DNA of 64,000 nt from Candidatus Latescibacterota bacterium (GTDB lineage Bacteria > Latescibacterota > UBA2968 > UBA8231), in the NCBI GenBank assembly GCA_965221775.1, contig CBDCSU010000005.1:608001-672000 (forward strand), written 5' to 3'. Shown one piece after another: positions 24,231 through 34,194 of the stretch. Made by a program: the position numbers and the translations under genes. Numbering within the stretch: position 1 is the first letter of the stretch; the number at the start of each line of letters is the position of its first letter. A model generated the notes under the pieces. It made no database searches. It was not told the DNA's origin and saw nothing but the letters and a program-made list of their open reading frames with translations.

Positions 24231-25362
24231 CGAGCCAGCCCTCCGTGCGGAAGTGCCCGCGGCGGCGGCCCTCCCAGCCGAGGCGGGCGATGATCTTGCG
24301 GTCCGCCCGCGGCATGGGGTAGCCGTCGAGGCCGCCCGGCGAGACCCAGGCCCAGTCGGCGCAGCCGATGGCCCGCACCCGGCCGCCGAGGCAGCGGGCG
24401 GCGAAGGCGTGGAGCCGGATCGAGCGGTGCGAGTAGTCGTGATCGACCACCGCCAGCGGGCGCTCCACCTCGATGTCGACGTCCAGCTCCTCCCGGACCT
24501 CGCGGCGCAGGCAGGCGGGCAGGCTCTCCCCCGGTTCCTGCTTGCCGCCGGGGAACTCCCACATCCCCGCGAGCATGCCCCCGGGCGGACGCTGCGCCAG
24601 CAGCAGCCGGTTGCCGCGGCGGATCAGTCCCGCCGCCACCTCCAGGTGGGGCCGGGGCCGGCGTTCCGGCCGCAGCGGCAGCACCGACGGGTCGTCCAGC
24701 TCGGCGCGGGCGCGGCAGTGGTCGGCCCACGGGCAGTCGCCGCAGCGCGGGCTCGACGGGGTGCAGACGCGGGCGCCGAGCTCCATCAGGGCCTGGTTGA
24801 ACTCCCCCGGGCGGGACCTCGGCATGAGGGCCTCACCGGCGGCGATGAGCCGCGCCCGCGTCTCGGCCCGCCGCGGGTCCTCCTCGACCCGCAGCAGCCG
24901 GCAGAGGAGGCGGGTCACGTTGCCGTCGAGGACGGGATGGGGCCGGTCGAAGGCGATGGAGCTGACCGCCGCCGCCGTGTACGGCCCGACGCCGGGCAGG
25001 TCGAGGAGGCCGTCGTAGGTATCGGGCAGCCGGCCTCCGTGCTCGCCGGCGACGGCGCGCGCGGCCCGGTGCAGGTTGCGGGCCCGGGAGTAGTAGCCCA
25101 TCCCCTCCCACGCCTTGAGGACCTCGCCCTCGTCGGCGGCGGCCAGGGCCTCGACCGTCGGGAAGGCCGCCAGGAAGCGCTCGTAGTAGCCGCGCGCCGT
25201 CTCCACCCGGGTCTGCTGCAGCATCACCTCCGAGACCCAGACCCGGTAGGGGTCCGCCGTGCGGCGCCAAGGCAGGTCGCGGCGGTGACGGCGGTACCAG
25301 GCCAGCAGCCGGCGCCGCAGGCCGGCGCGCCAGCGGGCATCCGCGAGGCGGTCCTCCGTCAC
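24223..25362 (-). CDS. mutY: A/G-specific adenine glycosylase with C-terminal Nudix domain (alternative in-frame start at 25443)
   Basis: WVSEVMLQQT; GYYSRARNL; LPGVGPYTA; CxxxxxxCxxCxxxxxC; WEFPGGK..REVREE. Confidence 0.95.
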   Translation of the reverse strand: MTEDRLADARWRAGLRRRLLAWYRRHRRDLPWRRTADPYRVWVSEVMLQQTRVETARGYYERFLAAFPTVEALAAADEGEVLKAWEGMGYYSRARNLHRAARAVAGEHGGRLPDTYDGLLDLPGVGPYTAAAVSSIAFDRPHPVLDGNVTRLLCRLLRVEEDPRRAETRARLIAAGEALMPRSRPGEFNQALMELGARVCTPSSPRCGDCPWADHCRARAELDDPSVLPLRPERRPRPHLEVAAGLIRRGNRLLLAQRPPGGMLAGMWEFPGGKQEPGESLPACLRREVREELDVDIEVERPLAVVDHDYSHRSIRLHAFAARCLGGRVRAIGCADWAWVSPGGLDGYPMPRADRKIIARLGWEGRRRGHFRTEGWLGG

Positions 25363-25439
25363 CGGACCTCCGCTCCCAGCCGATCCGCCGGCAGCGGCGG
25401 GGTACCGTCCGGGGCGGGCATCTTCCAGCCGGTCCGGCG

Positions 25440-26447
25440 TCACCGGTCCGCTCCCAGGCGACCGGCGGGCAGGGGCGGGGAGCCGTCGAGGCCGGCTTGG
25501 CCGCTGGCCGCCACCACGGCGTTGAGGACCGCCTCCTCGCAGATCTCGGCGGCGGCGGCGAAGAGCTCGGGCAGCCCGCTCTCGGCGGTGGCGGAGGCGC
25601 GCACCGTTCCCGGACCGGCGGGCGTGTCGTCGCGCAGCGCCGTGGTGGACAGGGCGAGGATGGTGCCGCCGGAGGTGCGCTCGTCGAGCAGACCCACCCG
25701 CACGAGGCCGAAGGAGGCCCGCCGGGCCAGGCGGTCGAGCTGAACCGGCAGCAGGGGGGCGTCGGTGACGATCACGGCGGCGAAGGTGCGGCGCCTCTGC
25801 GGCGCCAGGGGGGGCAGCCCAAGCCGCGGGCCGACGCGCTCGCCGTCGACGGTCAGGCCCCCGGGCTCGCCGCCGTTGGCGGCCAGCAGGACGCCCACCA
25901 CCGCGCCGGGCAGCCGCCGCGAGGCGGTACCGACGCCGGCCCGCGCCCCGAAGGCGGCCAGGCCGCGGCCGACGCCGGACTGGCCCTCGGCGGGCGGTTC
26001 TCCGGTGGCGGCGGCCAGGGCGGCGGCCACTGTGTCCTGCGTCAGGGCGGCGTGCAGTGACGCCGCCGGGGCCGGCACGCCGTCCACGGCGATCAGACCG
26101 GGCGGCCAGCCGGCGTCCTCGGGCAGGCCGGCGTCGAGCTGGAAGCCGTAGGCCAGCAGGCCGTCGTAGATCCTTCCGGCGGCCTGGGGCGGCGCCAGCA
26201 CCAGCGGCGTGGAGAGGGCGCCGAAGTCCTCGGTCATGGCCAGCCCGCCGGTCAGCTCGTCGCCGCCGTCGAGGGACCAGCGGCCGGCGAAGAACCGGCG
26301 GGGCGCCCCGGCGAAGGGGACCAGCGCCGTCACCCCGCTCCCGCCTCCCGCCGCGTGCCCCACGTGCACCCCGGCCACGTCGGTGACGGCGTTGGCGGCG
26401 CCCGGCTCCAGGCGGCCCACGGCGAGGCCGAGATCGCGCAGCCTCAT
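25440..26447 (-). CDS. DmpA/P1 (S58) peptidase-like protein, divergent paralog
   Basis: RLRDLG; NAVTDVAGVHVGH; GVGTASR; TDAPLLP; EEAVLNA. Confidence 0.8.
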   Translation of the reverse strand: MRLRDLGLAVGRLEPGAANAVTDVAGVHVGHAAGGGSGVTALVPFAGAPRRFFAGRWSLDGGDELTGGLAMTEDFGALSTPLVLAPPQAAGRIYDGLLAYGFQLDAGLPEDAGWPPGLIAVDGVPAPAASLHAALTQDTVAAALAAATGEPPAEGQSGVGRGLAAFGARAGVGTASRRLPGAVVGVLLAANGGEPGGLTVDGERVGPRLGLPPLAPQRRRTFAAVIVTDAPLLPVQLDRLARRASFGLVRVGLLDERTSGGTILALSTTALRDDTPAGPGTVRASATAESGLPELFAAAAEICEEAVLNAVVAASGQAGLDGSPPLPAGRLGADR

Positions 26448-27688
26448 TCCCCGCCGGCCTCCCCGTAGCCCTCCATGACCTCGACGAACTCCTCCAGGGG
26501 CAGGCCGTGGATGGTGTTGCCGTCGCGGCCGACCATGGTGCCCGCCGCCGTCAGGGCGTTCAGGACCGCCTCCTCGGCGGCTTCCACAACGCCGGCGAAG
26601 AGGCGGCTCATGTGGGAGTAGTGCAGGACCTGCAGCGAGCCCGCCGCCGTGGCGGGATCGTTGCCGGTGGAGAAGGCGATCACCAGGTCGCCGCTGCCGT
26701 GGGTGGAGATGCCGCCGGTGCGGGCCATGCCGACGAGGGCGCGCTTGCACAGGCGCTTCAGCTGCACCGGGATCAGCGGCGCGTCGGTGGCCACCACCAT
26801 GAGCAGCGAGTTGCCGGGGGCCACGGCCGACTCCGGCGCTCCCCGCTCGGGGAGGCGGTCCGTCAGCCGGCGACCCACGGGAACCCCCTTCACCCGCAGC
26901 TGCGGCCGGCGGCCGAAGTTCGCCTGCACCAGGAGGCCCACGGTGTACTCGCCCTCGCCGCCGCGGCCGACGGCGATGCGCCGCGAGGCGGTGCCGATGC
27001 CGGCCTTGAACTGGAAGGCGCGCATGCCGGTGCCGCCGCCCACGGAGCCCTCGGCCACCGGCCCCCCCGAGGCCCCGTCCAGGGCCCGGGCCACGTGGCG
27101 GGGACCCAGGTGCCCGCCGGCGGTGTCGTGGAGGAAGCCGGCCCACGTCTCCCCCACCACGGGGTCCGGCCGGAAGGGCCCGTCGAAGGCGGCCGGGTCC
27201 CGGTCCAGGGCCCAGCCGACGGCGCCATCGTAGGCGCGGCCGACGCTGCCGGTGTCGGTGAGCAGGACGGGGGCGGCCAGGACCCCGGTGCGGCGCACCG
27301 GTCCCAGGCCGGTGAGCTCGCCGTTGCCGTTGATCGTCAGGTCGGCGGCGAAGACCGGCCGGCGCCAGGGCAGCTCCGGGCGCGGCAGGACGGCGGTGAC
27401 GCCGGTGCGCACGGGACCGCGGCCGACGACGAGGGGGCCGTGGCCGTGGATCAGGGTGACGTGGCCGACGCGGACCCCCGGCACGTCGGTGATGGCGTTG
27501 GCCGCGCCGGCCGGCAGATCGCCGATGACCACGCCGAGGTCGCGCAGCCGCGGGCGGACCGCCGTGCCCGGGGCCGCCGGGGCGATGGGGGAAGCCAGGC
27601 CGGGAGAGGCCACGGCCGGCAGGGCCGCGGCGGTCAGGCCGAGACCGAGGAACCGCCGCCGCGACAGGGGCGGACCGGAAGGGCTCAC
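26444..27688 (-). CDS. DmpA/P1 (S58) aminopeptidase with Tat signal
   Basis: SRRRFLG Tat motif; NAITDVPGVRVGH; NGNGELTG; EGSVGGGTGM; QANFG; GNS..VVATDAP. Confidence 0.9.
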   Translation of the reverse strand: MSPSGPPLSRRRFLGLGLTAAALPAVASPGLASPIAPAAPGTAVRPRLRDLGVVIGDLPAGAANAITDVPGVRVGHVTLIHGHGPLVVGRGPVRTGVTAVLPRPELPWRRPVFAADLTINGNGELTGLGPVRRTGVLAAPVLLTDTGSVGRAYDGAVGWALDRDPAAFDGPFRPDPVVGETWAGFLHDTAGGHLGPRHVARALDGASGGPVAEGSVGGGTGMRAFQFKAGIGTASRRIAVGRGGEGEYTVGLLVQANFGRRPQLRVKGVPVGRRLTDRLPERGAPESAVAPGNSLLMVVATDAPLIPVQLKRLCKRALVGMARTGGISTHGSGDLVIAFSTGNDPATAAGSLQVLHYSHMSRLFAGVVEAAEEAVLNALTAAGTMVGRDGNTIHGLPLEEFVEVMEGYGEAGGE

Positions 27689-28542
27689 GCCTGGCGCTGG
27701 TCGGCGATCGCCTTGCACTGGCGCAGACCGACCCCGGACCGGTCCTCCAGCCCCTTCCAGGCGTAGGGGTCCTCGCCGCAGATCATGACGATGTCGCGGA
27801 AGTCGGCCCGGGCCGGGCTCTCGCCCTCGAGGGGGTGCCACGGCAGCCGCGACCAGGCGTTCATGTAGTGGTTCACCAGCACGCGGCGGAAGACGCCGCT
27901 GCGGTTCTTCCGGGAGCGGTGCAGCAGATAGCCGTTGAAGAACACCGCGTCCCCCGTCTTCGCCTCCACCGGGACCTCCGCGGAGTCGTCGAAGCCGTAG
28001 GACTCGGGGGCGCTGTCGAACTCCTCGGGGTCGTCGTGGGGGCGCTGGTCGTAGAGGGCCCACTGGTGGGAGCCGGGGAGCACCCACATGCAGCCGTTGT
28101 CGAGGGTGGCGTCGTCGAGGGCGATCCAGCCTCCGGTGAGGGAGCGGTCGCGGGTGGGGATGAAGATCTCGTCCTGGTGCCAGCCCTGCCCCTGGAACCC
28201 CGGCGGCTTGACGAAAAGCATGGACTGCATGCACTTCACGTCCGGCCCGATGAGGCGCGACAGCACCCGTGCCAGGCCGGCGTGGCGGACCCCGCGGTCG
28301 AGCATCACCGGGGAGACCTTGTGGGGCTGGTGGATGCACAGGAAGCCGCGCAGCACCTCGTCGTCGGTCAGTCCCGCCGGCATCGGCTCCAGGCTCGGGT
28401 GGGGGTACTCGCCGCGGCACACCCGCAGGGCATCGGCGCGCAACACCTCCACCTCCTCGGGGCTCACGAGCCCGGGCACCACGAGGTAGCCCTGCTCGCG
28501 GTAGGACTGCACGTCGGCGTCGCTCACAAGTCCGTTCTTCAT
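27685..28542 (-). CDS. PhyH-family Fe(II)/2OG dioxygenase
   Basis: WHQD; WIALDDATLDNGCMWVLPGSH; LLHRS. Confidence 0.9.
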   Translation of the reverse strand: MKNGLVSDADVQSYREQGYLVVPGLVSPEEVEVLRADALRVCRGEYPHPSLEPMPAGLTDDEVLRGFLCIHQPHKVSPVMLDRGVRHAGLARVLSRLIGPDVKCMQSMLFVKPPGFQGQGWHQDEIFIPTRDRSLTGGWIALDDATLDNGCMWVLPGSHQWALYDQRPHDDPEEFDSAPESYGFDDSAEVPVEAKTGDAVFFNGYLLHRSRKNRSGVFRRVLVNHYMNAWSRLPWHPLEGESPARADFRDIVMICGEDPYAWKGLEDRSGVGLRQCKAIADQRQA

Positions 28543-28554
28543 CTCCAGGCTCCT

Positions 28555-29646
28555 TCAGCTCTCCACGGCCCGCGCCACCGCCCGCCCCAGCTCGGCCGTG
28601 GTCATGGCGCCGCCGATGTCGGGTGTGCCCGTCCCCTCCTCGGCCAGGACGGCGGCCACGGCGGCGTCGATGCGGGCGGCGGCGGCCCGGGCCTCGTCGT
28701 CGCCGTGGCGATCTCCGAGCCAGCGCAGCATCATCGCCCCCGAGAGGATGGCGGCCACCGGGTTGGCGATCCCCTGGCCGGCGATGTCGGGCGCCGTGCC
28801 GTGAGAGGGCTGGAAGACGGCGGCCTCCTCGCCGATGTCGCCCGAGGGGGCCATGCCGAGTCCTCCCACGAGGCCGGCCCCCAGGTCGGAGAGAATGTCG
28901 CCGTACATGTTCTCGGTGACCATCACGTCCCAGCTCTCCGGCTGGCGCACGAGATAGAGGGCCATGGCGTCCACGTACGCGTGGCCGGACTCGATGTCGT
29001 GATCGGCGGCGACCTCGTCGAAGACCTGGCGGAAGAACGCCATGGAGCGGAAGACGTTCGCCTTGTCCACGAGGGTCACCTGCGCCGGCCGCTCCCCCCG
29101 CCGCCCCTCGAGACGCTCGGCGCGCCGCTGCAGGGCCAGGCCGAAGGCATAGCGCGAGATGCGCTCGGAGCCGGAGCGGGTGATCACCATGGTGTCCACG
29201 GCGGTTTCCTCGCGCAGCCGCACGCCGCCGTTCATGGAGGCGAAGAGGCCCTCCACGTTCTCCCGGAGGATGACGAAGTCGATGTCGCCGGCGCCGTAGC
29301 CCTTCAGCGGGCAGTGGTGGGCGGCATGGAGGTAGATCGGCCGCACGCCGGCGTAGAGGTCGAGGAGGATGCGCAGGTCGATCTGGGGCCGCATCTCGGT
29401 GCCGTCGGGCCAGCGCACGTCGGGCAGTCCCATGGCGCCGAGGAGGACGGCGTCGGCCCGGCGGCAGGCCTCCACCGTGGACTCCGGGAGAGGGTCCCCC
29501 TGGTCCAGGTAGCAGCCGGCGCCGCAGGGATGCTCCGCGTACCTCAGCACCGGTCCTCCGGCCGCGTCGAGGACGCGCCGCGCCTCGGCCACCACCTCCG
29601 GGGCGATGCCGTCCCCCGGCAGGACGGCGATGTCGTAGGCGGCCAC
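28555..29646 (-). CDS. Isocitrate/isopropylmalate/tartrate dehydrogenase family protein
   Basis: GDGIAPEV; RENVEG; VDKANV; NMYGDILSD; [15 protein letters not shown]. Confidence 0.88.
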   Translation of the reverse strand: MAAYDIAVLPGDGIAPEVVAEARRVLDAAGGPVLRYAEHPCGAGCYLDQGDPLPESTVEACRRADAVLLGAMGLPDVRWPDGTEMRPQIDLRILLDLYAGVRPIYLHAAHHCPLKGYGAGDIDFVILRENVEGLFASMNGGVRLREETAVDTMVITRSGSERISRYAFGLALQRRAERLEGRRGERPAQVTLVDKANVFRSMAFFRQVFDEVAADHDIESGHAYVDAMALYLVRQPESWDVMVTENMYGDILSDLGAGLVGGLGMAPSGDIGEEAAVFQPSHGTAPDIAGQGIANPVAAILSGAMMLRWLGDRHGDDEARAAAARIDAAVAAVLAEEGTGTPDIGGAMTTAELGRAVARAVES

Positions 29647-29647
29647 C

Positions 29648-30913
29648 TCAGCTCCAGAGCCGGTCGCTGGAGGTCTCGGAGTCCCAGCCGTCGCTGGGCC
29701 CGAAGGGCTCCCCCGCTTCCGGGTCGGCGAACTCGCGCTGCACCTCCTCGTTCAGCCCCTCGAAGCCGAGGCCCGGCGTCTCGGGCACGGCGATGTGGCC
29801 GTCCTCGATGAGAGGCACGGGCAGTCCCGTCACCAGGCTGCTCCAGCGCTCCAGGTCGTCCACCGAGTGGTTCTCCAACACGAGGAAGTTCTCCGTCGCC
29901 GCCGCCGCGTGCACCGAGGCCATGGCCGCCACCGGGCTCATGGCCATGTGCAGGGCCATGGCGATGCCTGCCTCCTGGGCGGCGTCGCCGATCTTCTTGG
30001 TCTCCAGGATGCCGCCGGCCGAGGCCAGGTCCGGGTGGGCCACGGCGATGGCGCGCCGCCCGAAGAGGTCGGCGAAGCCCTCCTTCAGATAGATGTCCTC
30101 GCCGGTGCAGACCGGCGTCTCCACCGACTCCGAGAGCCGCTGGTACTGATCGGCGAGCTGCCAGGGGATCATGTCCTCGTACCAGGCTAGGCTGAACTGA
30201 TCCAGGGCGCGGCCCAGGCGGATGCACGACTCCAGGCCGAGGTGGCCGAAGTGGTCGGCCGCCAGCGGCACCTCGTAGCCGATCTCGCCGCGCACGGCGG
30301 CGACGTACTCGCACAACAGGCCGATCCCCCGCTCGGTGATCTGGATGCCGGTGAAGGGGTGCATGACGGTGGACGACTCCAGCATCCCCGGCGGCGCGAT
30401 GACGCAGTCGGGCCGCCCCCGCAATACGCCCAGGCCGATGTCCATCTTGAGGAAGGCGAAGCCCTCTTCCATGCGCTGCCGCAGGCGGCGGCCCATCTCG
30501 CGGCCGTCGTCGACGGTAGGGGTGTCGCAGTAGCACAGGACCCGGTGGCGGAAGCGGCCCCCCGCCAGCTGGTACGCGGGGACGCCGTACGCCCGCCCCG
30601 CCAGATCCATGAGGGCCATCTCCACGGCGCAGACACCGCCGGCCTGGCGGGCGTGGTGGCCGAACTGCTTGATCCGCCGGAAGAGGCGGTCCACGTCGCA
30701 GGGGTTCTGGCCGAGGAGGCGGCTCTTCAGCATGAGGGCGTACGTGGGGCTGCCGCCGTCGCGGACCTCGCCGTACCCGCAGATCCCCTGGTCGGTGTCG
30801 ATGCGGATGAGAGTGGAGTGGAAGGGGGTTCCCCGGAGACGGGCGACGCGGAGGTCGGTGATCTTCAGGCTCGACGGACGGGAGGCGGTGCGGACGTTGG
30901 CTTCCGGGCTCAC
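29648..30913 (-). CDS. Mandelate racemase/muconate lactonizing enzyme family protein
   Basis: GTG after AGGAG; LKITDLR; GYGEVRDG; KMD; DHFGH; TGED. Confidence 0.88.
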   Translation of the reverse strand: MSPEANVRTASRPSSLKITDLRVARLRGTPFHSTLIRIDTDQGICGYGEVRDGGSPTYALMLKSRLLGQNPCDVDRLFRRIKQFGHHARQAGGVCAVEMALMDLAGRAYGVPAYQLAGGRFRHRVLCYCDTPTVDDGREMGRRLRQRMEEGFAFLKMDIGLGVLRGRPDCVIAPPGMLESSTVMHPFTGIQITERGIGLLCEYVAAVRGEIGYEVPLAADHFGHLGLESCIRLGRALDQFSLAWYEDMIPWQLADQYQRLSESVETPVCTGEDIYLKEGFADLFGRRAIAVAHPDLASAGGILETKKIGDAAQEAGIAMALHMAMSPVAAMASVHAAAATENFLVLENHSVDDLERWSSLVTGLPVPLIEDGHIAVPETPGLGFEGLNEEVQREFADPEAGEPFGPSDGWDSETSSDRLWS

Positions 30914-31122
30914 GCCGGTCTCCTGGAGGTCGGTGGGACGAGGCTGGGTGGGTGACGCTCGAAGCGGGATAGGGTAGCCGTGGTGCGGGGTGGGCGCAAC
31001 GGGGGTGAGAACGAGCACTTGCCGCTCGCCGCAATGCGCAATTCTCCATCCACCGCTATCTTTTCCTGCGCCTGCCTCCCCTCCCGCCGCGACGCGACCC
31101 GCATCCCAGCTGAGCCTATGAC

Positions 31123-32577
31123 ATGAGTTACGTCTGGACGCCGATCGAAGACTACGAGTCGCACGATGCTCTTGCCCACAGGGAGCTCGGCGCTCTGGCC
31201 GAGGTTTGGCGTGAACGGCGCGAACAACTGACCACGCAGCAGGAGTACCGTGACTTCGAGGGCCGACTGAAACGGGAGTGGGCCATCGAGACGGGCCTGA
31301 TCGAGCGTCTCTACACCCTCGACCGCGGCATCACTCAACTGCTCATCGAGCACGGCATACAGGCGGCGGTGATCCCCCACGGAAGCGTTGCGAACCCGGA
31401 AGCCACGGTGGCCATGATCGAGGATCACGAAGCGGCGGTGGAAGGTGTGTTCCAGTTCGTGAAAGACGAGCGATCCCTGTCCACAAGCTACATCAAGGAA
31501 CTCCACGCGCTGATGACGCGGCATCAGCAAACCGTGGAAGGCGTCGACTCCCATGGCAGAAGGACAGAGACCCCTCTCATCCGCGGCGATTACAAGCGGC
31601 TGCCGAACAATCCCAGTCGGCCGGACGGCTCGGTCCATGAGTATTGCCCACCCGAGCAGGTCACTGCCGAGATGGACCGGCTCATCGCCATGCACGAGAC
31701 CCACGCCGGCGCCGCTCCCGAGGTGGAGGCCGCCTGGCTGCACCACCGTTTCACCCAGATACATCCCTTCCAGGACGGCAACGGACGCATTGCCCGCGCC
31801 ATCGCGACGCTGGTATTCATCAAGGGAGGTTGGTTCCCTCTCGTAGTCAGGGACCGGGAACGGGCCCGCTACATCGAAGCGCTGGAACAGGCCGATGGCG
31901 GCGACCTGAAACCACTCGTGGACTACTTCGCGCGCCTGCAGAAGGACGAGTTCGTCCGGGCCCTCAGCATTGCCGAAGACGTTCAAAGGTCCCGCCGGGC
32001 CGAGGACGCGATCAAGTCCGTGCGGCAGCGGTTGCAGGCCCGCAAAGACGCGCTCGTCGCCGAGTGGGAGACGGCGAAGGCCGTCGCCGCCGAGCTGAGA
32101 GACCTCTCACAAGGCCGCCTCAAGGAGGTCTCTGACGAGTTGCGCAGCGAGATGGGCGACGTGCTGGAGCACGGCTCCTACTTCGCCGATGGCGCGGCCG
32201 AGGGTGGGGACAGGAGCCACTATTGCCGCTACCAGATCATCCAGACCGCAAGGCAGCTCGACTACTTCGCAAACACCCACACATACCGTTCGTGGGCACG
32301 CCTTGTGATGAGAAACGACAATCAGACGGAAATGTTGATCGCCTTCCACGGAATCGGCCATGAGTTCCAAGGGGTTCTCGCGTGCTCGGCGACCTGGTTC
32401 CAGCGTGTGGAGACAGAGGAAGGCGAGAGGGAAATCGGCCCGGTGACGCCCGTGACGGACGACGTATTCCAGATCAACTACAAGGAGCCTCGCGAGGATG
32501 TGGAGGTCAGGTTCCGGAACTGGCTGGAGGAGGCCATCGTCCGTGGTCTGGGCCTGTGGCAGGAGACCTCCCTGTGA
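31123..32577 (+). CDS. Fic family protein (AMPylase) with C-terminal extension
   Basis: HPFQDGNGRIAR motif; TGLIE inhibitory-helix-like motif. Confidence 0.92.
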   Translation: MSYVWTPIEDYESHDALAHRELGALAEVWRERREQLTTQQEYRDFEGRLKREWAIETGLIERLYTLDRGITQLLIEHGIQAAVIPHGSVANPEATVAMIEDHEAAVEGVFQFVKDERSLSTSYIKELHALMTRHQQTVEGVDSHGRRTETPLIRGDYKRLPNNPSRPDGSVHEYCPPEQVTAEMDRLIAMHETHAGAAPEVEAAWLHHRFTQIHPFQDGNGRIARAIATLVFIKGGWFPLVVRDRERARYIEALEQADGGDLKPLVDYFARLQKDEFVRALSIAEDVQRSRRAEDAIKSVRQRLQARKDALVAEWETAKAVAAELRDLSQGRLKEVSDELRSEMGDVLEHGSYFADGAAEGGDRSHYCRYQIIQTARQLDYFANTHTYRSWARLVMRNDNQTEMLIAFHGIGHEFQGVLACSATWFQRVETEEGEREIGPVTPVTDDVFQINYKEPREDVEVRFRNWLEEAIVRGLGLWQETSL

Positions 32578-32659
32578 GGCGGTCGCCCCGTATCCTGCCG
32601 ACGATCATCTGCCCGCTGGTCTCGGGCTGAGCCCGCCACACCCCGTCCGCGGAGGTCCC

Positions 32660-33256
32660 TTGCGCATCGTCACCGGCAGCCTGCGCGGCCGCAGGATCCC
32701 CGTCAGCTCCGGCCGGCAGGGGGACATCGGCGTCACCCCGGGCCGGCTGAAGGAGGCCGTCTTCGCCAAGCTCGGGCCGTCCCTGGAGGGGATCGCCTTC
32801 CTCGACCTGTGCGCCGGCTCCGGGCAGATGGCCCTGGAAGCCTACAGCCGCGGCGCCCGGGTGACCGCGGTGGAGCCCGACCGCCGCCGGCGCGAGGCCC
32901 TGCGCCGGCTCATGGAGAGCTGGGGTGTCAACCACTTGGAGCTGCTCGGAGGCCGCGCCCAGACGGTGCTGAGGAAGCTGGCCGCCGAGGGCCGGCGTTT
33001 CGACGTCATCTACCTCGACCCGCCGTACCGGGCGCTGCACAACGGCCGTCCCCTGAGCCAGGTCCTGCTCGCCGCCGCCGGCCGCTCCGGGATCCTCGCC
33101 GAGGACGGCCTGCTGCTCGTGCAGCACCCGAAGGGCCTCGACCTGCCCGAGTCGCCGCAGGGGCTGCGCCGGGCCGACGCGCGCCGGCACGGGACCACCG
33201 GCCTGAGCGAGTACCGCCCCGCCCCCTTGACCACCTCCATGACGGGGCTATCCTAG
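32660..33256 (+). CDS. rsmD: RsmD-family 16S rRNA methyltransferase
   Basis: TTG after GGAGG; RIVTGSLRGR; LDLCAGSG; DPPY. Confidence 0.85.
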   Translation: MRIVTGSLRGRRIPVSSGRQGDIGVTPGRLKEAVFAKLGPSLEGIAFLDLCAGSGQMALEAYSRGARVTAVEPDRRRREALRRLMESWGVNHLELLGGRAQTVLRKLAAEGRRFDVIYLDPPYRALHNGRPLSQVLLAAAGRSGILAEDGLLLVQHPKGLDLPESPQGLRRADARRHGTTGLSEYRPAPLTTSMTGLS

Positions 33257-33261
33257 TCGCC

Positions 33262-34119
33262 ATGGACTTCACCCCCCTTACCGACGAACAACGGCAGAGC
33301 TTCGACCGGGACGGATTCCTCGTCGTGCCGGGTGCCCTGCCCGACGACCTGCGGACGCGCCTCGAGGCCGCCTGCGACCGCCTCTACGCCGAGGGCCTGG
33401 CCGCCGAGGGCCTGAACGACCGCGGCTTCTGGCAGATGCGCAACTGCCTGCCGCGGGACGACGCCTTCCTCGACCTGCTCGACTGCGCGGCCACGGTCCC
33501 CCTGGTGGTGCAGCTCCTCACCCACAACGTGCAGCTCATCACCTCCCACCTCGTGGTGCGCCCGCCGAGCGCCGACGGTCCCGGGGGCGACCGCAAGGTC
33601 TCGGGCTGGCACCGCGACGGCGGCACCTCGCCCAGCGACCTGGGCCTGGCGCAGCCGCGCATGTTCATCAAGATCGCCTACTGGCTCTCCGACCTGTCCG
33701 AGCCCGGACGGGGCGCCATCCGCCTGCTGGCCGGCAGCAACGACACCTCGGTGCCCAAGCCCGACGCCGACACCGACGGCGACCACCTCGAGATCCGCGC
33801 CCGGCCCGGCGACGCCGTGCTCTTCGAGAACCGCACCCTCCACGCCGTGGGCAACAACTACTCGACGGTCACCCGCAAGAGCGTGTTCTTCGGCTACGGG
33901 TACCGGTGGATCCGGCCCATGGACTACGCCGCCCACTCCGACGAGTTGCTGGCGCGCTGCGACCCCGTCCGCCGGCAGCTGCTCGGCGACAGCTCCGGCC
34001 CCATGGGCTTCCAGCTCCCCGAGCCCGGGGAGGTGCCGCTGAGGGAGTGGCTCGGCGAGCACACGGGCGAGGTCGTCTCGGCGAAGGCGGAGACCCCCGG
34101 CATCTTCGCCACCCGCTGA
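33262..34119 (+). CDS. PhyH-family dioxygenase
   Basis: FDRDGFLVV; WHRD; GDAVLFENRTLHA. Confidence 0.88.
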   Translation: MDFTPLTDEQRQSFDRDGFLVVPGALPDDLRTRLEAACDRLYAEGLAAEGLNDRGFWQMRNCLPRDDAFLDLLDCAATVPLVVQLLTHNVQLITSHLVVRPPSADGPGGDRKVSGWHRDGGTSPSDLGLAQPRMFIKIAYWLSDLSEPGRGAIRLLAGSNDTSVPKPDADTDGDHLEIRARPGDAVLFENRTLHAVGNNYSTVTRKSVFFGYGYRWIRPMDYAAHSDELLARCDPVRRQLLGDSSGPMGFQLPEPGEVPLREWLGEHTGEVVSAKAETPGIFATR

Positions 34120-34194
34120 GCAAGCGGGACCCTCCCCAAGACCTGTTCCCCGCTCCGGACCCGGATCCCCGGTCCGGGCCGCACCGGACCTGCC

